Shown here piece after piece: positions 26,555 to 37,715 of a stretch of 64,000 bases of DNA (position 1 is its first letter; each line of letters starts with the position of its first letter). A program made the translations under genes and the position numbers. Under the pieces are notes generated by a model that saw only the letters and a list, made by a program, of their open reading frames with translations, did no database searches and was not told where the DNA came from. The stretch is from Pavona decussata (Eukaryota): NCBI GenBank assembly GCA_977016875.1, contig CDRNST010000104.1, positions 3,224,001 through 3,288,000 on the forward strand, in the 5' to 3' direction.

Positions 26555-28367
26555 CCAAGAAACTGAGTTCTTTGTAACCTTCAGCTCGGTAATCCCTAAT
26601 TTGTTTAACTATTAGACGTTTTACAGGCAGTAGCATTAAAAGTTATAATGCCAAATATTTTGTTATATCTGGAACGTAAGGGTTAGTGTCGTCTAGCCAG
26701 GAGAATTTCCTGCAGTTGTCCCCAATGCTTTAGTTTAAAGTAAGCTTAGAGGGAGGAACTAAAATATGTTCGGGGTAATAGCCGTTTTTCTGGCGTACAA
26801 GTTCTTTACAGTTTTTTAAATTTTAATGGCATCGAATTACACTCTAGCTCCAGTCGAACGAACGTTTACAATCAGGAACTGGGCACCGACCTGGACTTAC
26901 ACTTCTATTTTTTATATAATTTTAAAATTTTTATTTTATATTATTATACTTATACTATTTAATATTTTCTACTATTTTCCCACTGATCTCCGTGCCGGCC
27001 ACAACCGGCCGCGATTTCGCGCACTTTCGCGTTCGGTTCCTGTCTCGCCTTGGAAGGCTTTTATTTTTGTCCCCTATTGTTCTAGTAGCAGCTATTCTTT
27101 GCAAGGTAAACAACTGGAAACAAATCATGGCTGAAGTCAGATTTGAGCCCATGTCCACGACACATTATTTCTATAGCCAAGCTTGCTTTAACCATCCGGT
27201 TGATAAATGAAATCATCAAGGGCACTCAAAGGTTCATTTAAGCGATATCTGTTCGGAAGAAGCAAATCACCTTAGAAAGTTGCAAAGGCGCAATGTCAGC
27301 TCCAAATTCCGTAACAGTGGAAAACTAATTCCTTTTTGTTTTAGAAGCTAAGGGGCAAATTTGTTGTTAAATGCGAAAAAAGGTCAGCTAGACAGCTAGC
27401 ATTTTGGTAGAGCCATGAAACAATAGCTCGTAAATTCCGGGAATGAGATTCTATTTCCTAAAACTTCTCCAATTTAAAATTTTCAGCTGAGGCATCATAA
27501 TAGATCAAACTGCATTTCATAGATATGCTTTTATAAGGCCACAGAACGATGTTGGAATACAAGGAACAGCATATAAGGTTTTATTTTACTTGAATGTTCT
27601 CGTTGGTTGCCCCTAATTTACTGTATTCGTTTTTTTTATTTCATTTATTAAGGAGTGTGTATTTTTTTCTGAAAACTATTATGTTCTATAAGAGGACGTT
27701 TTAGTAATATCTTTATCTTCGTATTCCTCTCTCCTAGTAGAAAATTTGCTTTGTTATGTTTTAAGAAAGTGCATATTTCATCCATGACGTAATGGGTGTG
27801 CCAAAGTACCGACTAAACGACATCTGTATTATGACCACAAGCAAGTAATTGTTTCGATTAGATCATAAAATTAGCCAAAAAGTTTCATACAATTGGTGGC
27901 TCTTGTATCTTCTGTTTATAATTTGTAGGGTTTGATAGTGTTTTTCTTAAAAAAAGAAAAAAAAAAAATGGTAGTTTTCAGCAAGAGTGAGTGTTAGGAG
28001 ATTGGGGTTAATCCATAACAACTCCTCACAACAAAGAACCTGATCTCATGCGATATTTATGAGGCGATCAGGTTGAACATCAAGAAATTTGTTTCATCAC
28101 TCAATGCAAAGAAATCGATGTAAAAGAGATTGAAGACTTAAAGATATAACTGGATTTTACTAAATCTTTTCAACGAGTCGATGAATTAAAAACAGAATTT
28201 TTTGTATTCCGAGGTTTTAAAATGTTAATGAGGGCGTGGCCAGTCACCCATAAATTACGGATAAGTAGTTAAGTCATGTGTATTACAAATTCTAACCACA
28301 GATGAGATCAATGCAAAACACTATACTAAAACGAAACACTGGCTGCAGTGAATCAGTTAAGAAGACA

Positions 28368-29640
28368 ATGTCGAGGGTAAGGTTTTTGAGTATTAACATT
28401 GTTCTTTGCTTGCTTGTTGTGGTAGACGCCCTTCATGATCAAAACGAGAGTCTTCGAGTGGATGGACGAAAAAACATGATAAACGAAGATAGCCTTGGCC
28501 AAAGAAGGGGCAAAGTAAAAAAGAGAAACACCGTGGACTTCGAGGATAAAACCAGCGACAAGAAAGAAGGAAGCTGGCAGCCTCTGAATGTGAGAAGGAA
28601 GCGAAGCCCGTGCGATGGTGGTTGTCTAAGTACTTGGGGAGGTCCATGGTTTCCTCCTTATGGATTTGGCTGTGGTTGTGGCTGTGGTTGTGGCGGTGGA
28701 TGTGGCGGTGGTTGTGGTTGCAACCAAGGCTCGTGGTGCCGTAAGTTATTCTTTATTCTTATGAAGCAGTCCTAAATAAATTTCTAATGAATGAGATTGA
28801 AATGTTGATGTGAAGAGGAATTCCCTCCACGAAATTGATATTGGAAGACAATTTCATGTTTCCTTTGGCTTCTGTACCATAGTATCTATATCATGACCCT
28901 ATTAGTCAGTGTAGTCTTTAAAAAAATATTCTTTGTGGTAAGCACCAAGTGAATGGGGGATGGAATAATTTTCTTGCAATATCGTCCGTTTGTCAGCAAA
29001 TAACTAGGGTTAACATAGAGTAAATTTAGTATGGAGTCCTGGTTAATATGACTAGTCTTCCGTGGCAGTATCTTTGCTGAAAAGAAATACCTTAAACCTT
29101 TACCCGCCGACAAATGGAAGAAATACAATGGCAAAACAACTCCGAAAAACAGCTTGCTTAAAATATAAGTATAAGCAAGAAGGGAAAACAACAAGATATA
29201 TATGTGATTTTTCGATTCTTATTCTCTTCTTGCTTATACTTAGATTTTAAGTTAACAAAATGTTTTTGGACTTGTTGTTTTTCTATTATAAGAAACACCA
29301 TTTGTAAGAAACCTATTGTAAGAAACACATTTTCTAGAGGACCCTTATGTAAACCACTTTTTGCGACGTTGGCATTCCTCATTAAAAATTACCCTCATCA
29401 CCTCATTTGAAAGAAATTTTTATTTTCCTGCTGGAAATTATATGAAGAAAGTAGACACTTGAAGCACATCAGTGAGAAAAGGAGCAGTTGCCCACTCAAT
29501 ATATGTTAAGGTTTAAATGTATTATTTTGTGTTTTTCATCTAAAGCTATTGAAGCTGCAGATGCAGCAGCAGGAGGAGGAGGAGGAGGAGGGGGAGGAGG
29601 AGGCGGAGGAGGAGGAGGAGGAGGAGGAGGAGGAAGATGA
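28368..29640 (+). CDS. Gene D: secreted Cys/Gly-rich protein with poly-Gly tail
   Basis: Exon 1 is 28368-28740 (signal MSRVRFLSINIVLCLLVVVDA; RRKR|SPCDGGC..GCGCGCGC..WC; donor C|GTAAGT). Exon 2 is 29546-29640 (PIEAADAAA-G20-R*). Homologous to gene E. Confidence 0.75.
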
Positions 29641-31839
29641 GGAAATCCATGAGGAGACGGAGCAGGTGATTTGGTATGAAGATAATCTATCACAACTATT
29701 TATAGTTTAGTTACCACCAAACCAGAAGAGGATTAGTGATACTAAATTTAAGGTAGCCTGCCCTTTTTCTTTGTTACTGCTTGCGTTGCTCACTTCACAG
29801 CGAGACTCTCTCAGTTCCTAAAGAGATTCCAATACCTTCAAAAGCGGCCCGTGTTAAAAGATAACAAGTCTTGCTTCTTGTCTACCCACCAAACGTATTT
29901 TGGACCACTGTATCAGACTTAGATTCAGCTGGTTAACACGAAAATCTCGATAATTTCCGCTATATTTACAATATATTTTATGTCATTGGCAATGACAGCA
30001 ACAAATGCTTGTTACACTTTTTTTTCCAGAGCACCATGAGTTTCAGAAAAGAAGACGATTGTAACGCTCCTTTTACTTTTGAAGTTTATCAGAATGGTAT
30101 TTCCTTACCAAGGAACATTCATCGCTCGTGCAGACACATTCGCAAACAGCAAATAAACCAACAAATGTAAACTCACCGACAGAAAAATAAGAATCAAACG
30201 AATAAACAGACAACAACATCAAACGACGAAGTATACATTCATCACTGATGGAAACCTAGTGCATAGTTTCAGCCGGAACGTCTCAATAACCTGTCCTTTA
30301 TGGTCGTCGGGGCAAGATTAGTCTTTCAATAGATGCGCCAGTGCCCCATGACTAGTCGTTGCCTTAATCCGTTCCAGTAAATGGCGCGTACAACGTTCTT
30401 CTGAAGGACTACACTCATCCCGACAACCATGCCACTCAAACTGGGATTCAACAAGCAGTGAAATACGTGTTAACGCAACTTACGTATTCTGGTATTTTGT
30501 TTGCTTTTTACGCAGTGTTACTCAAAGAAAAAAACAATAAATAAGAAAATAAGAATATGATATCGTTTAATGTGGTGATTTGAACCGACGTGTATTTAGG
30601 GACAATTTGTTAAGTACTGTTTATCATAGCAATCCAGTTAATCAGGTGTGCAAACGTGTGTGTAATAAAGTGGATACAAGGGGTGCACGACCGAATGATA
30701 TTGGACGATTTGGTCAAATTATATCAATTTTGTGAGGTTTTGTGACTTGCTTGAAGTGGTTTTGAAAAAGAACCAGTTTTCCACAGCCTTCAAAAGTAAG
30801 CTACGTAAAGTCTTTATTTACCGAGGATAGCACAAAATAGCGTTCATAAGAACAGTAACAAGCAAGTGGCCCTTCTAAAAATGCAATATAAATTAAAATA
30901 AAATATAATAAATCAAGAATAACACTACAAAATACAATAATATCACAATAAAAAATTTAAATAAAAAACTACTTAAATTTAGAAAACAGACTAAACATGC
31001 AAGTAACTAGTTTAAAAACTGCTGACTTTTGAAAATACAATTCTATACTAATACTGACCGGCAGCTAGACTCTCTATTCTTTGTGAGACGTGGTAAATTT
31101 CGAATTCAGTTCTCTGTTTGTTTTCTTTATAAAATCTCAAAATCTAGTTGTCTTAAAGAGCGAGAAAGTTATAAAATTTAGTAAAATATAAAAAAATGCA
31201 TGACTGCAGTTGTAGGTTTTTAAAGTATAAGCAGTCAATCGTATTGGACAAACTGAAATTTTCCTGTCGTTGTCGAATTGTCCCGATAAAATTGACAAAT
31301 ATCTACAATCCTCGCCAATTGAATTAGGGACACTTGGCTCTTTTTGAAAGTTTTTTTCCACTAAACGTTGCCTCAACAGAATCAAATCTTTGCTGTATGT
31401 CGTTCATTGATGTAATCCCCCGCCTCCTGTTCAATGTTGAGCATTAACACATGTGCGTGGATGCATGACACCCCCATAAATTCGTCTTTGTTCATCAACA
31501 TTGTAAGGGCAGTTGAACCTTGTGTGGATTGCCCCACCGACGCCTCAGCTTGTCTCGAACATTTTGGCCAGGATCGTAGTTCGTGTACAAAATGTTGCAC
31601 AAATGAAGTTCGTAACTGGGTTGTGTGAAAAAATCCATCGATTTCATTATACCCTCCACTCCATGCCGTTTCATTAGCTCATGAGTTTAGAAACTTCATA
31701 TAGTGGAAAAAGTATTTTACGGATAAGTTTATGTTTGGATTTTCGGGAGTTTCTCCTCTTTAGACAGCTTTTTCAGGGTTCTTAAGGGAAGGCTGTGGAG
31801 TTTGCAAAGCTTGAACTTTCATAGTGGTGTGATTGCATT

Positions 31840-32154
31840 TTTTCACCCACAAAATTTTCTACTGGATAACTTTCTCCAAAAACGTTTCTTTTTGAAGTGG
31901 CATACTGAATGTTACATGCATGCAAAAAAATCAAGAAAGGTCACCGAGCAAAATTTCGAGAAAAAACAAATGTTTCTTACAGCCTTTATTTCCGGTTCTC
32001 GCGATTTTGCGCTGTAATTCAACTTCCCGTGTTGTGCGCGCGCGACTTTTGATAAACATTTTGATTCATTCAGCTAATTCGTACACCTAGCTTATGACGT
32101 GGGTGAGTTACGCGCGCGCACGCACGCGGCTAAACCCCTTTCGAGCCCCCTTAA
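31840..32154 (-). mobile_element. DNA transposon end (TTAA-terminated); inverted relative at 38039-38340
   Basis: ..aaacccctttcgagcccccttaa vs ttaaggaggctcgaaagggcttttagccg, with ~300 bp of reverse-complement similarity. Confidence 0.6.
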
Positions 32155-33098
32155 CTTAACTCTTTTGCCTGAATCAGAAAACCACTGAGCAGTGCTGTAT
32201 ATGATAGGCTTTTTATCTGTTTTTGTGCCCCTGGGAGAAGAAAGAACCAACAACAACAACTTTATTCTACCCCTAGCTACAGAGCACTACAGCTGAAACG
32301 ACAAGAAACGTACAATCCCTCTGGGACAAAAAAGAACCAATCTTGATAAAGCAAAGACGATCGTCTTACATTGAAAGGAATTGTCTTTGAAGCGATTCTT
32401 TCATCCTTACCCGAGTCACTGGAACAAACATTTAAATAATCCAACGCGAAATGGATAAGCGCACCTTAAGATAATTATCCATCTTACATAATTTGCCTTT
32501 TTTTAAACTTATTCACTAGCTTAAAGTTAAGTTTTGAAGGGTGTTCAATACCTCATTATAATCGTAACACCAGAACCAGAGTAACCACTCTGGCCAATAC
32601 AAGTACAATAAAAACTAAACCCAGGCAATGCAACTGTAAACAACCGTTTCAACCTCAACTTTAATAGGCGCGAAGCGTAGGGAAACGACGCGTGCAAGCA
32701 AGTCGAGATCTCTGAAATGCATATGATAATATTTCTCAACCAATAGATTTCTCCATTCCCGATAACTCTAACCAGAAGCCGTTTCCCTCGGATTTGCTTC
32801 ACTCAAATACTGTACGTATACCTCCGATTTCTCGAGCCCTCGATAACACGAAACGCCCATAAACTCGAACCAATTCTTGGCTCCATAGGCGCAAATTTTG
32901 AACCAAGATAACTATTTAGAAAACCCTTGGGTGAAAACGACACCACGGCAATTGATCCCAATTTGACTTCCGATTTCTTGAATCCCAGAAATTGGGATTG
33001 CACTATCGCAAAATGCCGCTACTGTAAATACCGTTTAGTTCTTGAATGTAATATGTTCTGTTTGTATGGATCTCCTTTTTAACAAATGGATAAGGGGG

Positions 33099-33135
<37 letters not shown>

Positions 33136-34622
33136 GAGTAGAAACAAGTGGTTTGTTTATCAACAGAATTGATAAATAACGGTAAATAGGCCACTGTAAA
33201 GAGATTATAGCGTTCTTTACGGTGGGCAATTGACTTTTACTTACCAAATTCGTTGATAAACCAAACGTTAAACATTCGTGTCTTTTAGTTCATTATTTTA
33301 ATGAAGAGAACAAGACTTTTAAATTTGAAAGACATGTTTCCCTATGTTATTTAGGTCCTCACGCAATCTACTCCCCGAAAAAACGGACGACCCAAAGAAG
33401 GGCTGCGAAGGAGACTACTCTGCAAAGGATATAAATGAATACTTAAAAGTTTCTACTGCGTTTTGTGAGCATATCTTGAAGACTGATTGCATTGCTAAAA
33501 ATTGAAAACTGCACTTAACAGCTAAACCTAAAATATTACAGATCGATTAACAGTAGCTGATATATTTTTTGTGTACCCAAAAACGAACAAACAAATTCTT
33601 GACCCTAAGGTAACATTGTTGTACCATCATTCCAATATTAACAAAGATTTAATGACCTTGTATGATAATAAAAAAATTCACGCTGGCTTAAAGATATTAA
33701 TTTTATTTTTCGTGTTAAACCAACACATTGTCCTTACCACTCGATTATAAAATTCTTATCTTCGCGCCACCGTGTAATGTCCTCTATGTATACGAATTTC
33801 TATATTATGTGGTCGCATGACGGAACCAAAAATATCCAATCAGATACAGCGAGAACCTGTGCTACCATTTAAGTAAAATTCGGTAAAATGGATACAAAAA
33901 TGATGTTTAAATCGTGTCATGGGCAGTGTATGATCCATCTCATATCTGAACTATATGGCACGAGTATATTCAGTGTTTGGTCGCATGAAAGACACAATAA
34001 TGTCCTTTAGATACAGCGACCACTCATAATGTGATCAGATGTGATGCCTGTCTTCGTGTATCTGCAGTTCTTTTGTGTGGTGTTGCCATTGTCAGTTGAA
34101 GTGAAGAAAGTTTCCACGACTGAGGACTTTGGTTTCAAAATGTTTCCCTGTACTTCCTGACGGAAATAATTTTTTTGCTAGTTTTCACGAGAATGAATAA
34201 TTCATTCTTGTCATAGGGGGTGTGTTCTTGTGCTTTCCGCTCAGCAGTTATAATACTACCACAAGCAAACTGATTGTTCAATTTATTTAGATCATCAATT
34301 TGGTGACCAAAATTGTTGACAAAACTGTCCAGTTTTAAAGAGTTGTATCTACAGTTCTAAATGGTAGGCCTAACTGAAAAGTCATTTTGTACCATTAAAA
34401 AGTAAAGAACTAGAAAAGCAGTTGAAGATTGAGGCTGATATCAAAATTTTGGTATAAATACATCCCGAGGCCTTGCATTGTTAATGAGGGATGTCTGATC
34501 ATTAAGAAATTTTTTTCATGGTTATGTGTTTACAATTATGACCTCAATGACTCAAGGCAAAGCTTTACGCTAGCGCTAACAACGCATTTAGAAATCTGCT
34601 CTTGATGAAGGCAGTTTACGAT

Positions 34623-35527
34623 ATGGAAAGGTCGTTGTTTTTCACTTTCAAACTTGTTCTTTGCTTGGTTGCTGTGGCAAATGCCCTTCATGATCAAAAA
34701 AACAGTCTTCGATTGGATGGACGACTGAAAAGCATCCTGATCAATGAAAAAAGCCTTGGCCAAATTAAGGGCGAACTAGAAAAGAGAAGCACCGTGGACT
34801 TCGATGAAAGAACCAACGACAAGGAAGAAAAACGTTGGCAGTCTCTGAACGTGAAAAGGTTTAACGTTGGAAGGCGAAGCCCGTGCGGTGATTGTCCATG
34901 TTCTTGTGGATGCACATCAGGTCCATGGTATCCTTCTTGGGGATGTGGTGGTCCATGGGGAAGTGGTGGTCCATGGGGAAGTGGTGGTCCATGGGGATGT
35001 GGTGATCCATGGGGATGCACCGGGAGCCCCTGGGGTTGCAATGGAGGCAGATGGTGCAGTAAGTTATTCTTTATTCTTGTAAAGCGGTCACTATATAAAT
35101 TTCCAATGAATGATTTCAAGATTTTAAGAACAGTAAGACTCAATATGTGATACTGAAATGTCAACCTGGGACGAGATTTTCCCACACAGAGTAAATTTAG
35201 TATTTCTGTTCATACGACTGATCATCCGCCGTATGAAAGTGTCTTTGCTGAAAAGAAACACCTCATTTGACAGAAAATTGTATTTTCCTCATGGAAATTA
35301 TAGGACGAGCGAAGAGACTTGAAGCACATCGGTGTGAAAAGGAGAAGCTGCCAACTTAATGTTAAAGTTTAACTGTTTTAACTGTGTGTTATACATCTAA
35401 AGAGATTGACGTTGAGGATAAAAATGGAGGAGGAGGAGGAGCGGGAGGAGGAGGAGGAGCTGGAGGAGGAGGAGGAGCTGGAGGAGGAGGAGGAGGAGGA
35501 GGAGCCACGATGAAGAGGAGCAGGTGA
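34623..35527 (+). CDS. Gene E: secreted Cys/Gly/Trp-rich protein (GGPWG repeats) with poly-Gly tail; F/D hybrid
   Basis: Exon 1 is 34623-35058 (signal MERSLFFTFKLVLCLVAVANA; GRR|SPCGDCPCSCGC; GGPWGS/C repeats; donor A|GTAAGT). Exon 2 is 35403-35527 (KIDVEDKN(G5A)3G8ATMKRSR*). Confidence 0.8.
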
Positions 35528-35595
35528 CGTAGCATTGATAATCTATGACCGCGATTTATAGTTTAGTTACCACTGTGCTACCAGAAAGGATACGT

Positions 35596-35910
35596 CATGT
35601 AATATATCAAACACGAGAAGGCGTGTTTCATTAGATATCCAAACAGTGCCAAGAAGGTTGGAAAAAAAAAGGGTGGGGGGGGGGGGGGGGGCGCAGCCGA
35701 GCTTTTTTTAAACGACTTCGAGGTGTTTGGGTACCTGATAAAACACGTTTTCGAGTGTTTGATATGGCTTTTCAAATTATCTATACTTCTTGGAGAAATT
35801 CAAGGCTAAAGTTGGCAAAATTTTAAGGTAATTAGGAACACATATCCAAACCACTGTCACAGAAGTGATTTTCTTTCTTTTCTCTTGATGAATTATTAAT
35901 GCATTTGAGA
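35596..35910. mobile_element. Interspersed repeat inserted downstream of gene E, absent from the gene D copy
   Basis: Partly palindromic (atatcaaacacgagaa..gtgtttcattagatatccaaaca / tgtttgggtacctgataaaacacgttttcgagtgtttgatat) and interrupts the D/E alignment. Confidence 0.65.
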
Positions 35911-37550
35911 AAGTAAATTTAAGCTAGTTCCCCCTCTTTTCGTAGCCACTGCTGGTGTTGCTCACTTAAGAGCGAGCCGGTCTCAGTTCCTACAGAGATT
36001 CTAATACCTTCCGTAAGCGACCCGTACCGTCCTAAAAGTAACAAATGTTCTTCTTCGTCTCTTCCATAAGCCCTGTCCGTCTATCACCAATCCTATCTTG
36101 GATCACTGTATCAGACTTAGGTTCAGCACAAATCTTGATAATTTTCGATACATTTACCGACTTTATTCAATATACTTTTGTCATTGGCAATGACAGTAAT
36201 AATGATTGTTACCCTTTGTTTTCCAGAGCACCATGGGCTTGAGAAAAGAAGATTCTAACGCCTCTTTTAAGGTCGAATGTTATCCGAATGGTATTTCCTT
36301 ACGAAAGAATATTTATCGTTCGTGCATACACATTCGTAAACAGCAAATAAACCAACAAATGTAAGAGAACCAACAAACAAATAATAACCAAACGAAAAAA
36401 CAGACAACAACACAAACAATGAAGTATACATACGTCACTGATGGAAACCTAGTGCATAGTTTGAGCCGGAACGTCTCAATAGCCTATCTTACATGGTCGT
36501 TGGGGTAAGACTAGTCTTTCAATAGATGCAATAGTGACCATGACTAGTCGTTACCTTAAACCGATTCTAGTCAATGGGGTCGTATAGCAGTCCCTTGCAA
36601 GACTACGCTTACCCCGATAACCATGCCACTCCAACTAGGACTCAACGAGCGGTAAAATACGTGTTAACCCAACTGATGTATTCTGTTATTTTGTTTGCTT
36701 TTTACGCGGCGCGGTGTTACTGAAGCCAGACAAACAAAAAAAAAAAAAAAAGGAACATCATAAATGAGGAAATTATATTGTTTAATGTGTGATGTAATCC
36801 AACTTGACTTTTAGAAACAATTTGTTAAGTACTTTACATCAGAGCAATGTTAATCAGATGTGTAATAAAGTGGATAAATGGGGTGCACGATCGAATGGTA
36901 GTGGACAATTGTTTCGGGACTTACTTGTAATGGTTTTGAAAAAGAACCAGTTTTTCGCAGCTGAAAGTTAATCAAGAGAGACGTTGTAAATTTCAAAGTT
37001 TAGTTTTCTGTTTGTTTTATTGTACTTGAACCATGTCTAGATCCGCCCCACCGAGGCCTCGTCCCGAACATTTTCGCCAGGATTGTAGTTCGTGTACAGA
37101 ATGTTACACAAATGAAGTTCGTAACCAAGATTGGTGAAAAATCCCTCGATTCCATTACACCCTCCACTCCATGCCGTTTCGTAGTTCATAAGTATAAAAA
37201 CGTCATATAGTGGAAAAGGTACTTTACGGATAAGATACTGTTTTGGATTTTTTACCTTTTTGGTCAGCTCTTAAGGGAAGGCTGTGAAGTTTACAAAACT
37301 AGGTGTCAATGGCATGCATCTTAATTAAGAAGAATCGAATTTTATTAGCAAGTTTTCAACGAGAAATTGAAATATCAGAGGTCTGAAAACTTAGTCTTAT
37401 ACATCAGGCTATAATTTTGAAGGTTTCGTCTCAATGCTATTGGACCGAGGTAATCCAAAGAAAGTATCCAGCACTAAACAGTCGAGAGGTTGCCTCTTCG
37501 GGTTTACATTGGCTCTACCATTTCTCTCTACATGAGATACACAAATTGAA

Positions 37551-37715
37551 TGCGACAGTAGTGTGAACATTCGCCTCCCACCAATAATCTCGCTCGGATT
37601 CGATTCGCGGAATTGACGTAATATTTGGGTTGAGTAAGTTGTTGGTGTCTCGTCCTTGCTCCGAGAAGTTTTCTCCAGGCAACTCCGGTTGTCTTTTTTC
37701 CTCTCTCCAAATGCC
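37551..37715 (+). mobile_element. tRNA-derived SINE (same family as 2430-2586)
   Basis: ttcgcctcccaccaat..ggattcgattc..gggttgagt..gttgttgg..ctcgtccttgctccgagaagttttctccagg. Confidence 0.6.

Noticed and set aside
29496-29693. Minus-strand poly-Pro ORF suggesting a minicollagen or extensin
   Set aside because: It is the antisense of the GGA-repeat poly-Gly exon of gene D, with no signal peptide or Gly-X-Y.
34694-35185. His/Pro-rich antisense ORF
   Set aside because: Shadow of the GGPWG repeats in gene E.
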